This document shows positions 9,275 to 18,899 of a stretch of 64,000 nt of DNA, piece after piece (within the stretch, counting starts at the first letter, position 1; each line of letters opens with the position of its first letter). The translations under genes were made by a program, and so were the position numbers. The DNA is taken from NCBI GenBank assembly GCA_030055465.1, contig JASFYF010000001.1:958581-1022580 (forward strand). Direction: 5' to 3'. The DNA is from Candidatus Nezhaarchaeota archaeon (lineage in GTDB: Archaea; Thermoproteota; Methanomethylicia; Nezhaarchaeales; WYZ-LMO8). The notes below the pieces were generated by a model, which saw only the letters and a program-made list of their open reading frames with translations, made no database searches and had not been told where the DNA came from.

Positions 9275-10176
9275 CTCAGCATGGACTCCGGCAAAAGCCG
9301 CACAATGATGTTGTCCTCTAAAACTGACCTCTCCAACGAGGCAACCTCTCCGAGCTTGTGGCCTTCTATCACCACATTGCCTATGATTTTGGCGTAATCA
9401 TCATACTTTAACTGAACCCTGACTCCGTCAATCTTCAAAACCGTTACCTCTCTAGCATCCTCTACTTGTTCCTCGAGCTCCTTCTTCAGTAGAGCTGGTG
9501 GGAACAGGGGAGGATCTTCAGAGAGCTCTTTCCTCCTCCTCTCTAAGAGGACTCCAAGCGACTCAACGAGTTCACTTAGTGCTTTAAGCTCGTTGCTAGA
9601 CTTCAATCTATGAGCTATCCTCCCGAGACCACCTATATATGTGACTTCTGGGGGCAGATCAACCCTCTGCGGTCCACCAACTATCACGACAGGCACTTTA
9701 AGCGCCTTAACCAGGCCGGCCTTCCTTTTTATGCATTCACCCACGTTGCCCATGATGAAGACTGCAGCGTCAACCTCGTTTAGAAACCTGCTTTCGAAAC
9801 TGGTTAGCAAAGCTCTCTTCTGTCCGACCCCTCTTGAAAGGCCAACCATAAAGGTCTTTGATCCATATCTTCTTAGGTATTCATTTATGTCGCATGCAGG
9901 GTGAGGTAGGTGCCTGTAGGACATGCTGGGGGGTACCACAGCTATTTCGGAGCCTATCAGCTTGGCCTCGCTTACTTTAGCTTTAAGTTCACTCGCCAGC
10001 TTCAACAGTGCATCTATGTCGGATCTCGGAATCGCTATGAACATTACAAGGTCTAAACCCATAGTCAATTCTTGCACTACAATGCCTCCCAGGTCGTCTA
10101 CGAGCTCCAACACCTCTTGTTTTCTGTAGGGGCCGCCCACGAACATGTAGTATCCGTAGTCGTACACGGAGTGCAC
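9271..10176 (-). CDS. methanogenesis marker protein 7
   Basis: 301 aa with HLPHPACDINEYLRRYGSKTFMVGLSRGVGQK. Size and context fit Mmp7 as I recall it. It is convergent with mmp15 with a 4-nt overlap. Confidence 0.65.
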   Translation of the reverse strand: MHSVYDYGYYMFVGGPYRKQEVLELVDDLGGIVVQELTMGLDLVMFIAIPRSDIDALLKLASELKAKVSEAKLIGSEIAVVPPSMSYRHLPHPACDINEYLRRYGSKTFMVGLSRGVGQKRALLTSFESRFLNEVDAAVFIMGNVGECIKRKAGLVKALKVPVVIVGGPQRVDLPPEVTYIGGLGRIAHRLKSSNELKALSELVESLGVLLERRRKELSEDPPLFPPALLKKELEEQVEDAREVTVLKIDGVRVQLKYDDYAKIIGNVVIEGHKLGEVASLERSVLEDNIIVRLLPESMLS

Positions 10177-10295
10177 CTTCCACGCACACTTCTAACAGGT
10201 TACCGTTAAATAATTCTACTTCATGATCGCTTATAACCCCATACGCGCATTATTTTCTGTTTTTGACTTCGCATGCCTCATAAAGGTGTCCTGCG

Positions 10296-11885
10296 ATGCT
10301 GTTATTAGAAGTCCACAAGGTGAGTAAGCAGTTTGATGGAATTAAAGTGCTTGATGGGATCTCGTTCAGTTTAAAGCTTGGAGAAAGCCTGGGAATACTT
10401 GGTAAAAGCGGAGCGGGAAAGTCTGTCCTCATACATATGCTTAGGGGAATGAGGGGCTACGAACCAGATGAAGGCAAGGTCATATACCGCGTTGATTATT
10501 GTCCATCATGTCTGTGGGTTGAACCCCCCTCATTTAACGTGGGGCAATGTCCTCATTGTAATGCCATAATGGAGCACAGGACCGTTGACCTATGGGATGA
10601 TGTGGACTCCGAGGTTTCCAAGGCTGTGAAGGCGAGGATCGCTATAATGTTCCAAAGAACCTTCGCCCTTTACGGTAACCTTACACCAATTGAAAACATT
10701 ATGGAGGCCCTTCGAAGGGCTAGGGTAAAGGAAGATGCGGCGCCCAAGTTGGCCATAGAGTACGTTAAGCTCACAAACCTAGTGCATAGGTTGCTTCATC
10801 CAGCCGAAAACCTGAGTGGAGGAGAAAAACAAAGGGTTGTGCTTGCAAGGCAGATAGCTGCGAACCCTATACTCCTCTTAGCTGATGAGCCCACGGGCAC
10901 TCTAGATCCCTACAACGCTAACCTGATAAGCAATTTGCTCGCCCACGAATTCAAGGAGAAGAAGAAGTGCATGATAATAGCCTCCCACATACCTAGCCTC
11001 CTAGAGAGGCTGTGCGACAGAGTGTTGTGGCTTGAAAAGGGAAGGATAGTGATGGATTCTGCCTCGCGAGAAGTCGTCTCGGCATTTCTAGGAGAAGTCA
11101 AGGAATTCGTGCGCGAGGAGGCGTCGGTGGGCCAAGAAGTGCTTAGAGCCATAGATGTGAGCAAGTATTACTATTCTATCGATAGGGGTTTAACGAAGGC
11201 GGTGGACCGAGTGACCTTCGAGGTTAAGGATAAAGAGATATTTGGGATCATTGGTAAAAGCGGTGCTGGAAAAACAACCCTTTCTAGAATTATATGTGGG
11301 CTTACCCAACCGTCCTCAGGTAAGGTTGAGATTAAAATTGGAAATAAATGGTACGACATAACTGCACCGGGCTATGAGGGGAGAGCCATAGCCTTAAGCA
11401 ATATAGGTCTACTGCACCAAGAGTACTCCCTTTTCCCTCACAGAACGGTTCTGGAGAACTTAAGTACCTCCATAGGACTCGAGCTCCCCGAGGAGCTTGC
11501 TAGGATGAAGGCCATATACACCTTAAAGTCCGTGGGAATAGACCCGACCGTAATTGATGGGATCCTAGAAAAGTACCCTGATGAGCTCAGCGAAGGCGAA
11601 AGGCATAGAATAGCGTTGGCCCAAGTCCTAATAAGGGAGCCCAAGATCGTCGTGCTTGACGAGCCCTCGGGAACCATGGATGCTGTGACTAAAGTTGAGG
11701 TTGCAAAATCGATAACGATGTCTAGGTCCTGGCTCGATGAGACGTTTATAATAGTTTCCCACGACATCGACTTCGTGAGGTTTACGTGTGACAGGGTAGC
11801 ACTAATGAAGAATGGGAGAATAGCTGGTTACCTAGATCCCAGAAAGATATCATGGGAAATGTTGGCGGCCGAGCTCAGCGACTAA
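10296..11885 (+). CDS. atwA: methyl-coenzyme M reductase system component A2 (double ABC ATPase)
   Basis: 529 aa with two GKSGAGK(S/T) Walker A motifs plus LSGGEKQR and LSEGERHR. It has LRGMRGYEP, a CPSC..CPHC zinc-ribbon insert (nt 10500-10559) and [13 protein letters not shown], all typical of AtwA. Confidence 0.9.
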   Translation: MLLLEVHKVSKQFDGIKVLDGISFSLKLGESLGILGKSGAGKSVLIHMLRGMRGYEPDEGKVIYRVDYCPSCLWVEPPSFNVGQCPHCNAIMEHRTVDLWDDVDSEVSKAVKARIAIMFQRTFALYGNLTPIENIMEALRRARVKEDAAPKLAIEYVKLTNLVHRLLHPAENLSGGEKQRVVLARQIAANPILLLADEPTGTLDPYNANLISNLLAHEFKEKKKCMIIASHIPSLLERLCDRVLWLEKGRIVMDSASREVVSAFLGEVKEFVREEASVGQEVLRAIDVSKYYYSIDRGLTKAVDRVTFEVKDKEIFGIIGKSGAGKTTLSRIICGLTQPSSGKVEIKIGNKWYDITAPGYEGRAIALSNIGLLHQEYSLFPHRTVLENLSTSIGLELPEELARMKAIYTLKSVGIDPTVIDGILEKYPDELSEGERHRIALAQVLIREPKIVVLDEPSGTMDAVTKVEVAKSITMSRSWLDETFIIVSHDIDFVRFTCDRVALMKNGRIAGYLDPRKISWEMLAAELSD

Positions 11886-11932
11886 CAACACTTTGAGGGA
11901 AGACTTTGAGTGCTGTGGGGTGAGGGCCATCG

Positions 11933-12358
11933 TTATACCACCTTTTTGCCGGCTTCTGGTCCAGGTTTAACGGAGTATACTTCTTCAGCCTTTAGGAGCA
12001 CGCAAGCCTTAGGTTTGAGATTTGGCTTTGCTGAGCGAACTCGAGAGGTCACCTCCTCGAAGAGCGGCCCTGAGATATGCAATTCGACTTTGCCCTTGAT
12101 CTGATATCCTTCCCTGGTCTCCGGGTTCCAGAAGGAGAGGGCTGCCTGGGGGTTTTCCTCGATGTTTAGCCTCGTCTTGTTGAAGAAGTTGTCGGCTATT
12201 ATTATCTCTTCATTGTTTAGGGGCCAAGCAAAAACTATGGGGACAGCGTTGGGCTTACCGTTTCTTGAAGCCGTCGCAAAAATGCAGAGCGCCCTAGGGG
12301 CTAGCTCCTCAAGTAGTTTTAAGATGTTTGGGGGAATTTTAACCATGATGTAGCACAC
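11933..12358 (-). CDS. pyridoxamine 5'-phosphate oxidase-like FMN-binding split-barrel protein
   Basis: 141 aa with the pattern NGKPNAVPIVFAWPLNNEEIIIADNFFNKTRLNIEENPQAALSFW. Confidence 0.65.
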   Translation of the reverse strand: MCYIMVKIPPNILKLLEELAPRALCIFATASRNGKPNAVPIVFAWPLNNEEIIIADNFFNKTRLNIEENPQAALSFWNPETREGYQIKGKVELHISGPLFEEVTSRVRSAKPNLKPKACVLLKAEEVYSVKPGPEAGKKVV

Positions 12359-12463
12359 CCTATTCGAATACCCAGAAAGAAGGTAAAAAGGCTTTGCTAA
12401 AATTATCGTTCCTCAGCTCTTCGCAGGGGCAAAAAACTGGCGCTTGCAACCCAAGGTTTTTTC

Positions 12464-12655
12464 CTATTCTCCGGCCAGCGTATCGAGCTCTCTCTCTACA
12501 AGCTTCAAGTAGCTTTCAATAGTGGCAAAGACCCTAACAACCTGTGTCAGCCCAGCCCCTTTAGCCTCTTCAAGGCACTCCGCGACCTTCTGCGATACAT
12601 CGTTGCTTAGGCAGCGAAGCCTTTTCAGGTTCTCCATATTGTCTCCACACCTCAC
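12464..12655 (-). CDS. hypothetical small helical protein
   Basis: 63-aa ORF lying 3 nt downstream of the ligase gene on the same strand. No family recognised. Confidence 0.3.
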   Translation of the reverse strand: MRCGDNMENLKRLRCLSNDVSQKVAECLEEAKGAGLTQVVRVFATIESYLKLVERELDTLAGE

Positions 12656-12658
12656 GTC

Positions 12659-13972
12659 CTAACCCTCCTTTACTACAACCCTTCTAGACTTGCCCTCGAA
12701 TCTCGGCAGGGTTCCAGGCTCAACGACCTCGATCTGAGGCTCAATGAAAAGGCTATTTTTGAACTCGTTTAATATCCTCCTAATTAGGAGGGAGCTCTCC
12801 TCGGATTTTGGAACCTCTATTCTAATGATGAACTCGTAGGGTAGCTTGGTTTTATCGACTACTACCTGGTACTCGATTATTTCTTTGTGCCGGAGTATTA
12901 TCTCCTGAATCGTCGAGGGGAGTATCTTGATCCCCTTGTAGTGTATTACGTCATCAACCCTTGCACGCACTCTAAGGCATCTTGGAAAGGCCATTCTGCC
13001 GCACTCGCAGGGTTCTTCATCCAGCACCGTTATGTCTCCAAGCCTGTACCTCACCAGCGGCGTTGCCTCTTTGACTAGGTGAGTGAAAACCATCTCGCCC
13101 TCTTCTCCGGCCTCCACAGGCTCACCAGTCTTGGGATCTACGATCTCTAGGAGGAAGTGGTCTATCCAGAAGTGAAACCCCTTCTCGTAGATGCATTCCT
13201 GTCCAGCCCCAGGACCGCACAGCTCGCTTGCACCATAAATATCCCTAGATCCACCACCCTTAGCCTTAAGGCCAAGCCACTCCTCGATTCGCTGCCTCAT
13301 TTTCTCAGTCCACATTTCAGCTCCAGGCATTGTAACTCTGAGGTTCAGCTCCTTCTCAACATCGAGGTTCATGTCTTTTACTAAGCTTGCGATGTAGTAT
13401 TGGTAGCTGGGAGTTCCAGTCATGACGGTAACCTTGAAATCTACAAGGCTTTTTATTAAGGCCTGCGTCCTACCAGTACCCCACGGGATTACGGTGGCAC
13501 CAACGAGGAAGGCGCTCTCATGAAGTCCTAAGCCGCCCGTGAATAGACCATAACCGTAGAGGTTCATCACAACATCGCCTGGTTTAACTCCCGCAGTAAC
13601 GTAAGAGCGCGCCGCTAAATTCATCCACGTGTCATAGTCGTGCCTTGTGTAACCGCTTATGATCGGAGTGCCAGTGGTTCCAGAACTCATATGCCAACAC
13701 ACAACCTCCTCCCTGGGCACGCATAGGAAATCCCCTCCAGCAGGGTAGCCATATCCCCTCACATCATCCTTGGTGGTGAACGGGAACTTACCTATGTCCC
13801 TTAAGCTTTTAACATCGGTTGGATGCAACCCAGCCTCCCTGAATTTGCGCCCATAATAGGGGCTTCTTCTATACGTGTACTCAATCATGTACTTTAGACG
13901 CTTCAGCTGCACCTTCTCAATGGTTTTTCTATCGGCGGTTTCCACGTGTGGCTCCCAGTACCTTATCTCCAT
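12659..13972 (-). CDS. phenylacetate-CoA ligase / coenzyme F390 synthetase family adenylate-forming enzyme
   Basis: Family-typical segments FPFTTKDDVR, SSGTTGTP and YGASE. The ORF extends to a GTG at 14062, but the ATG at 13972 (MEIRYWEPH) is the more plausible start. Confidence 0.85.
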   Translation of the reverse strand: MEIRYWEPHVETADRKTIEKVQLKRLKYMIEYTYRRSPYYGRKFREAGLHPTDVKSLRDIGKFPFTTKDDVRGYGYPAGGDFLCVPREEVVCWHMSSGTTGTPIISGYTRHDYDTWMNLAARSYVTAGVKPGDVVMNLYGYGLFTGGLGLHESAFLVGATVIPWGTGRTQALIKSLVDFKVTVMTGTPSYQYYIASLVKDMNLDVEKELNLRVTMPGAEMWTEKMRQRIEEWLGLKAKGGGSRDIYGASELCGPGAGQECIYEKGFHFWIDHFLLEIVDPKTGEPVEAGEEGEMVFTHLVKEATPLVRYRLGDITVLDEEPCECGRMAFPRCLRVRARVDDVIHYKGIKILPSTIQEIILRHKEIIEYQVVVDKTKLPYEFIIRIEVPKSEESSLLIRRILNEFKNSLFIEPQIEVVEPGTLPRFEGKSRRVVVKEG

Positions 13973-14087
13973 TAATCGGCACCCTATCCTCGAGGTAGAG
14001 GATAAACATAAAAGCGTAGTGGATAAAAATTTTTGTCTAAGCATAGCGAAAGACGAAAGCACTGGGACAACCTGCTGCCTAGGAAAG

Positions 14088-14175
14088 GCGGGGGTGGCCG
14101 AGTCAGGTCAAAGGCGGCAGGTTCAGGACCTGCTGGCGCAGGCCTGCGTGGGTTCAAATCCCACCCCCCGCACCA
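14088..14175 (+). tRNA. tRNA-Leu(CAG), class II, no intron, 3' CCA encoded
   Basis: Acceptor GCGGGGG/CCCCCGC. Anticodon arm GCAGG-TTCAGGA-CCTGC. Long variable arm. T arm GTGGG-TTCAAAT-CCCAC. Discriminator A followed by CCA (14173-14175). Confidence 0.9.
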
Positions 14176-14196
14176 TTAGGTTCACTTACCACATCT

Positions 14197-14511
14197 TCAC
14201 TTCAAATCTTGGATGTAAGGATTTAGATCCTTGCACTCGTAGGCGAACTCAAAACTGACTACATCCTCTTCGATCCAGTATCCCGCAGTCGTCCCCGTAA
14301 CTTTGCACTCGAATCTGTCCTCAAATAGCGCTAGGCGAACATAAAATAGTCTAGATGCGGTTCTGATCCCCCTAATGTAGGGGTTACATGTAGGTATAGA
14401 ACGCCTTTCTGCCTTATTGCACTCAAGTTTATGGTCCTCAACCTTTGAGGAGCGTGAACGCGTAATGAGCTTCCATTTATGGTGTACTATGTATGCGAAT
14501 GAAGCGAGCAT
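14197..14511 (-). CDS. hypothetical protein
   Basis: 104-aa ORF next to the tRNA. No family recognised. Confidence 0.3.
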   Translation of the reverse strand: MLASFAYIVHHKWKLITRSRSSKVEDHKLECNKAERRSIPTCNPYIRGIRTASRLFYVRLALFEDRFECKVTGTTAGYWIEEDVVSFEFAYECKDLNPYIQDLK

Positions 14512-14579
14512 TTTAGGGACAAACGTTAAAGTTTACTTTAAAGTGTAAACCTTAAGCTCAAGATGTTATGTGAAGGAAA

Positions 14580-15824
14580 GTGGTGGAGCACTTGAAGCTT
14601 GCTAGTTGCCCTAAAAGGTACTACTACGGTACTCACAGAGCTCGTGAACCCGAGGAGACTTTAAGGCTTATCGAGCCCAAAGCAAAGGAGATAGGCGTAA
14701 CGAGGGTTTCAGATATAACTGGTCTTGATAGGGTAGGCATACCCATTTACTCATGTGTGAGGCCCAGAGCTGCTCAGGGCGCTGTATCCGTGTACTCCGG
14801 TAAGGGGGTAACGAAAACCTTGGCTAAGGTCTCCGCAATCATGGAGGCGATTGAAAGATTCTCGGCTGAAATGTCACCGGACCACGAGCAGAGGATTGTT
14901 AAGGGATCTTATGGTGCCCTTTTAAACAAACATAACGTCGTGGATCCATCTACGCTGATACTACCCATCAATTCTCCCTACTCTTCATCGTCGACGATTA
15001 GGTGGATTAACGGGTTCGACATAATGAATTCCGAGGAGGTTCTTGTACCTGTGAGTGCGGTGTTTCATCCCTATAGCCCTGATGATGACGTGCATTTATT
15101 CAAAACTAACACTAACGGTCTCGCTTCTGGAAACACAATGGAGGAGGCCGTGCTCCATGGTTTAATGGAGGTGGTGGAGCGGGATGCATGGAGTCTAGCG
15201 GAGCTATCTAGAGATGGAGGTGCAATTCTTAAGCCACCTGAAAAGGGGGGGCTCATACGCGAATTGATATCTAAGTTTGAGAAGGCATGCATTAAAGTGA
15301 TACTTCGAGATATAACTTCGGACTTGGGTATACCGGTTGTCGCGGCTGTGTCTGAAGACCTTAAAATAAGGGACCCAGCGCTCCTCACGATAGGCTTTGG
15401 AGCACACTTAGACCCTGAAATAGCGGCTGTAAGGGCATTGCTTGAAGTAGCTCAGAGCAGGCTGGTTCAGATACAGGGGGCTAGGGAAGACGCGTACCGA
15501 GCTAACCTCATGAGGTTAGTCGGTTACGAAAGGGTGAAGCGATTGAATGAACATTGGTTTTCGGAGCTTGAAGCTAAGGAGCTTTCAAGCATTCCAAGAG
15601 CAGCTAAGGAAGACATAGTGGATGATATAATGCTCGTGCTTCAGAGAATTAAGGAAAAGGGAACTGAAAGGGTAATCGTTGTGGACCTTACGCGAGCTGA
15701 GATCTCCATTCCAACGGTTAGAGTTATAGTCCCGGGGCTCGAGGTTTACAGCGTAGATCAGGAGAGAATAGGTTCAAGGGGGAGAGAATGCTTAAAGAAA
15801 AGGAGGGAGAGAGCAAAACGGTGA
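14580..15824 (+). CDS. ycaO: YcaO-domain protein (methanogenesis marker 1; McrA glycine thioamidation)
   Basis: 414 aa with a YcaO-type pattern (TNGLASGNTMEEAVLHGLMEVVERDAW). It is followed by an overlapping tfuA. Confidence 0.9.
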   Translation: MVEHLKLASCPKRYYYGTHRAREPEETLRLIEPKAKEIGVTRVSDITGLDRVGIPIYSCVRPRAAQGAVSVYSGKGVTKTLAKVSAIMEAIERFSAEMSPDHEQRIVKGSYGALLNKHNVVDPSTLILPINSPYSSSSTIRWINGFDIMNSEEVLVPVSAVFHPYSPDDDVHLFKTNTNGLASGNTMEEAVLHGLMEVVERDAWSLAELSRDGGAILKPPEKGGLIRELISKFEKACIKVILRDITSDLGIPVVAAVSEDLKIRDPALLTIGFGAHLDPEIAAVRALLEVAQSRLVQIQGAREDAYRANLMRLVGYERVKRLNEHWFSELEAKELSSIPRAAKEDIVDDIMLVLQRIKEKGTERVIVVDLTRAEISIPTVRVIVPGLEVYSVDQERIGSRGRECLKKRRERAKR

Positions 15825-16471
15825 TTTTCACGGGTCCAAGCCTCAACTCTTTAGAGGCCTCTTCAATATTTCCGGGCGCCATATACAAGCCACCAATAAG
15901 GCGAGGTGACGCGATAAAGGCGTACGAGGAAGGTGCCAAGGTCATAGCTATAATAGATGGAGTTTTCTTTGATGAGGTTGCGGTGGCCCCAAGGGAATTA
16001 CTCTACCTGCTCGACAAAGGAGTCACAGTGGTTGGTGGGGGAAGCATTGGTGCTTTGAGGGCCGCTGAGCTCGACATCTTCGGCATGATAGGAGTAGGCG
16101 AGGTATACGAGATGTACAAGAGAGGAGAGATAGACTCAGACGACGAGGTGGCGCTAATTTTCAACCCCTACACATTTGAACCGCTCTCCGAGCCTCTTGT
16201 GAATATCCGCTTTAACCTAAAGAAGGCAGTTGAGATCGGCTTGCTGGAAGCACGCGTAGCTCAGGGAATTTTGGAGGTAGCTAAGAAAATGCATTACTCC
16301 CAGAGAAGCTATGTTGGAGTTCTAAGAAAAACCGTGGAGGAGGGGCTTATCGAAGAGGAGCTATACCATAGTCTCTCAATGTACTTCGCAAATAACGCGG
16401 TTGACTTAAAGAGGCTGGACGCCATTAAAGTTGTGGAAAAAGTGAAGGGCCTTTGCAGGCCTACATCATAA
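15788..16471 (+). CDS. tfuA: TfuA-like protein
   Basis: VIFTGPSL..PPIRRGD..IIDGVFF..GGGSIGALRAAEL..DDEVAL. An alternative GTG start at 15821 gives a GTGA overlap with the ycaO stop and has GGAGG 14 nt upstream. Confidence 0.85.
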   Translation: MLKEKEGESKTVIFTGPSLNSLEASSIFPGAIYKPPIRRGDAIKAYEEGAKVIAIIDGVFFDEVAVAPRELLYLLDKGVTVVGGGSIGALRAAELDIFGMIGVGEVYEMYKRGEIDSDDEVALIFNPYTFEPLSEPLVNIRFNLKKAVEIGLLEARVAQGILEVAKKMHYSQRSYVGVLRKTVEEGLIEEELYHSLSMYFANNAVDLKRLDAIKVVEKVKGLCRPTS

Positions 16472-16669
16472 AGGCGGTCGGCTGGGGGCTACTTACAACC
16501 CCACCATTTAATGTGTGGGTCAAACCCCTAAAAGCCCCTGAATTTGGGCCGCCCCTTAAAGGAAGTTTGCTTTAACTGGGTGCAGCTCCTCCGCGAGGGG
16601 CCGCTTACCAAGACTTGAGCAAAGGGCTGCGTGAAAAGCGCAAGCTTAATGGACGGCGTAGGGTTTGCT

Positions 16670-16948
16670 TTAAGTAATCAGCGCAATCAATATCCCCATA
16701 AGTATCGCGGAGACCATTATGGCAACGCTTAGCAAGCCGTTTAGATCGCCTCTTCTTAAAAAATCCATAGCCAAAAAGAATAGGCCAATCATCGGGGTAG
16801 CTATAAGCACCAATGTTGATGTTACCGAGAGGTAATAGCTTAAGGGATCAGCGCCAACAACGACTGTTGTGAGGCTTAAAATGAACAGTATCAGACTTAC
16901 CGCAAGCCCTACCGTGAATGATTTCCTCAATGAGGCCTCGACAGACAT
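16670..16948 (-). CDS. small integral membrane protein
   Basis: 92 aa with three hydrophobic segments. Confidence 0.4.
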   Translation of the reverse strand: MSVEASLRKSFTVGLAVSLILFILSLTTVVVGADPLSYYLSVTSTLVLIATPMIGLFFLAMDFLRRGDLNGLLSVAIMVSAILMGILIALIT

Positions 16949-16961
16949 TTAATGCAACCCC

Positions 16962-17834
16962 TCAAGGACTAATAGCTAAAGTAAAGCCTTCTTTGAGGCT
17001 TGCATACGCCAATGAGATCAACAGAATCCCGAAGGCCGCTCTAATCCATGAAGCTCTTAACTTGTTCATGACTGTGGCACCAGCCGTAGAACCTAAGACG
17101 GAGCCTAAGACTAAAGGCGTTAAGAGGTTAAAGTTTATGGCTCCTAGGGCTAAGTACACTGCTGCGCCCGCGGCTCCCGTCAGACCAACCATGAAAGTGC
17201 TCGTCGCAGTTGATGCCTTTATGGGCACATTCATTATCCTATTCATTATCGGAACCTTGAACACTCCTCCTCCGATGCCGAGGAGGCTTGAAGCTAATCC
17301 AGCGAGAAGAGAGAGCATTATCCCGACGTGGCCTCTAACAACATTGTACTTTACGTCGACTTTGAAGTGCTCGTCTCGATACGTTGATGATAGGTTAAAT
17401 CTCTTTGCTAACTTGTCCGGTGAAACCTCAGCGAACTCTTTGAGCATTGCCAGGTTATCCTCTCTTCCAGCCCCTTGAAGTATTGCTACGGCTATAACTA
17501 CGAGTGTAAGGCCCAGCAACGTGTGTAAAAACATTGGGGAAACACCGAACACTATTAAAGCGCCTATCATCGATCCTACTGAAATGGCCGTTTCAAGGAA
17601 GAGGGCAAGCCTAAGGTTGATTAACCCTCTACCTAAGTACTTTCTGGAGCTTGCAACGCTCGTTGCCACTACTGATACGAGGCTTGCGGTGATGGCCTCC
17701 TTTATTGGCACTCCGAGGAATGATGATAATACCGGAACTATGATTACGCCGCCTCCAACGCCTAGAACAGCCCCTACGAATCCAGAGGCCAACGCTATTG
17801 AAAGCAGTTGCAGGAACAGTGATGCGGTAATCAA
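16962..17834 (-). CDS. TauE/SafE (DUF81) family anion exporter-like membrane protein
   Basis: 290 aa with two halves, each containing a GxGGG motif (LGVGGGVIIVP, LGIGGGVFKVP). Confidence 0.8.
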   Translation of the reverse strand: MITASLFLQLLSIALASGFVGAVLGVGGGVIIVPVLSSFLGVPIKEAITASLVSVVATSVASSRKYLGRGLINLRLALFLETAISVGSMIGALIVFGVSPMFLHTLLGLTLVVIAVAILQGAGREDNLAMLKEFAEVSPDKLAKRFNLSSTYRDEHFKVDVKYNVVRGHVGIMLSLLAGLASSLLGIGGGVFKVPIMNRIMNVPIKASTATSTFMVGLTGAAGAAVYLALGAINFNLLTPLVLGSVLGSTAGATVMNKLRASWIRAAFGILLISLAYASLKEGFTLAISP

Positions 17835-18019
17835 AGTTGTCCCTCACCAATTTATCGGTATGTTAATCATCTTTTAAGCTTTGACGGCGAACTGCTCTGT
17901 CATGTTAGAGGCATTCCTCGCTGATGGTAGCAAAAGCGCTTAACCGAGGAGGATGATAGCCAAGAAGTTCGGGCCAAACTTAATATGGTTTTGAGAGTTT
18001 AAAATATAAATGAGCATCC

Positions 18020-18244
18020 TTGTCTAGGGCATTGAAGTTGATGAAAAGCATAGTATTCCTACTTACTCTTTTCGCTTCCTACTTTATTCTCAACTATCAG
18101 TATTCCACCCTGCAATTGGAACCTAGAGAAATACTGTCTCGCCTCTTTACATGCGTGGGCCTCTGGATTTTGTTAGTTATATTATGGATCGCATGCCTAG
18201 TTGTGCTTCTGTCTCCTAAAGGTGTTTTTGGACTTGAAGTGTGA
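18020..18244 (+). CDS. small membrane protein (hypothetical)
   Basis: 74-aa ORF with two hydrophobic helices. Confidence 0.3.
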   Translation: MSRALKLMKSIVFLLTLFASYFILNYQYSTLQLEPREILSRLFTCVGLWILLVILWIACLVVLLSPKGVFGLEV

Positions 18245-18317
18245 CCATAACCGGAGGAGGCATGAGTGGCCGTTAACCCGGCTCGAATCGCGGGCAGCCC
18301 GAAGCCTAGAAATATAA

Positions 18318-18683
18318 ATGTTTAAAGCTGGTTGCGAATCTTACATAACGGCGAGCTTGATGACCTCGGATATGACTACAAGGGAAAGGATCATAAACCT
18401 TCTTCAATCCCACTCTAATCCCCTCAGCGCAGAGGAGATAATATTAGTTTTAAACCTTCAAAACATGAAGCCTAGAGACATATATGAGCATTTAAAGCAC
18501 ATAGCCAAAAGCGTTAAGGCGAGGAGCGGAGGCAAAGAGGTTTTAGCTATGATACCGCCCTCCTGCAAGAGCTGCGGCTACATTTTTGAAGCCCTAGATA
18601 AACCGAAAAAGCCGAGCAAGTGCCCCAAATGCAAGAGCGAGAGGATATCAACACCGACATTTAAGCTAGTCTCAACTTATTGA
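18318..18683 (+). CDS. transcriptional regulator, winged-helix domain fused to a C-terminal zinc ribbon
   Basis: RERIINLLQSHSNPLSAEEI followed by CKSC..CPKC. The true start is probably an internal ATG. Confidence 0.6.
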   Translation: MFKAGCESYITASLMTSDMTTRERIINLLQSHSNPLSAEEIILVLNLQNMKPRDIYEHLKHIAKSVKARSGGKEVLAMIPPSCKSCGYIFEALDKPKKPSKCPKCKSERISTPTFKLVSTY

Positions 18684-18899
18684 CGTCGCGTCATCTTTCA
18701 CCAAGAACCCTTAGCCTTCGGAACCTTACTTTATAACTATGTTTGTAATGTTTTATGGTATTTTTTCGTACAATTGTATAAAAAAACAGAAAAATATAAA
18801 CATTCATTCAGATTTACCGGTAAAATCCCTATCAAATGTTTGAGACAGTAACCCTTATAAGTCCTTCGTTCTTCAGAGAAGAAGGCGTTGGTGTTCTAA

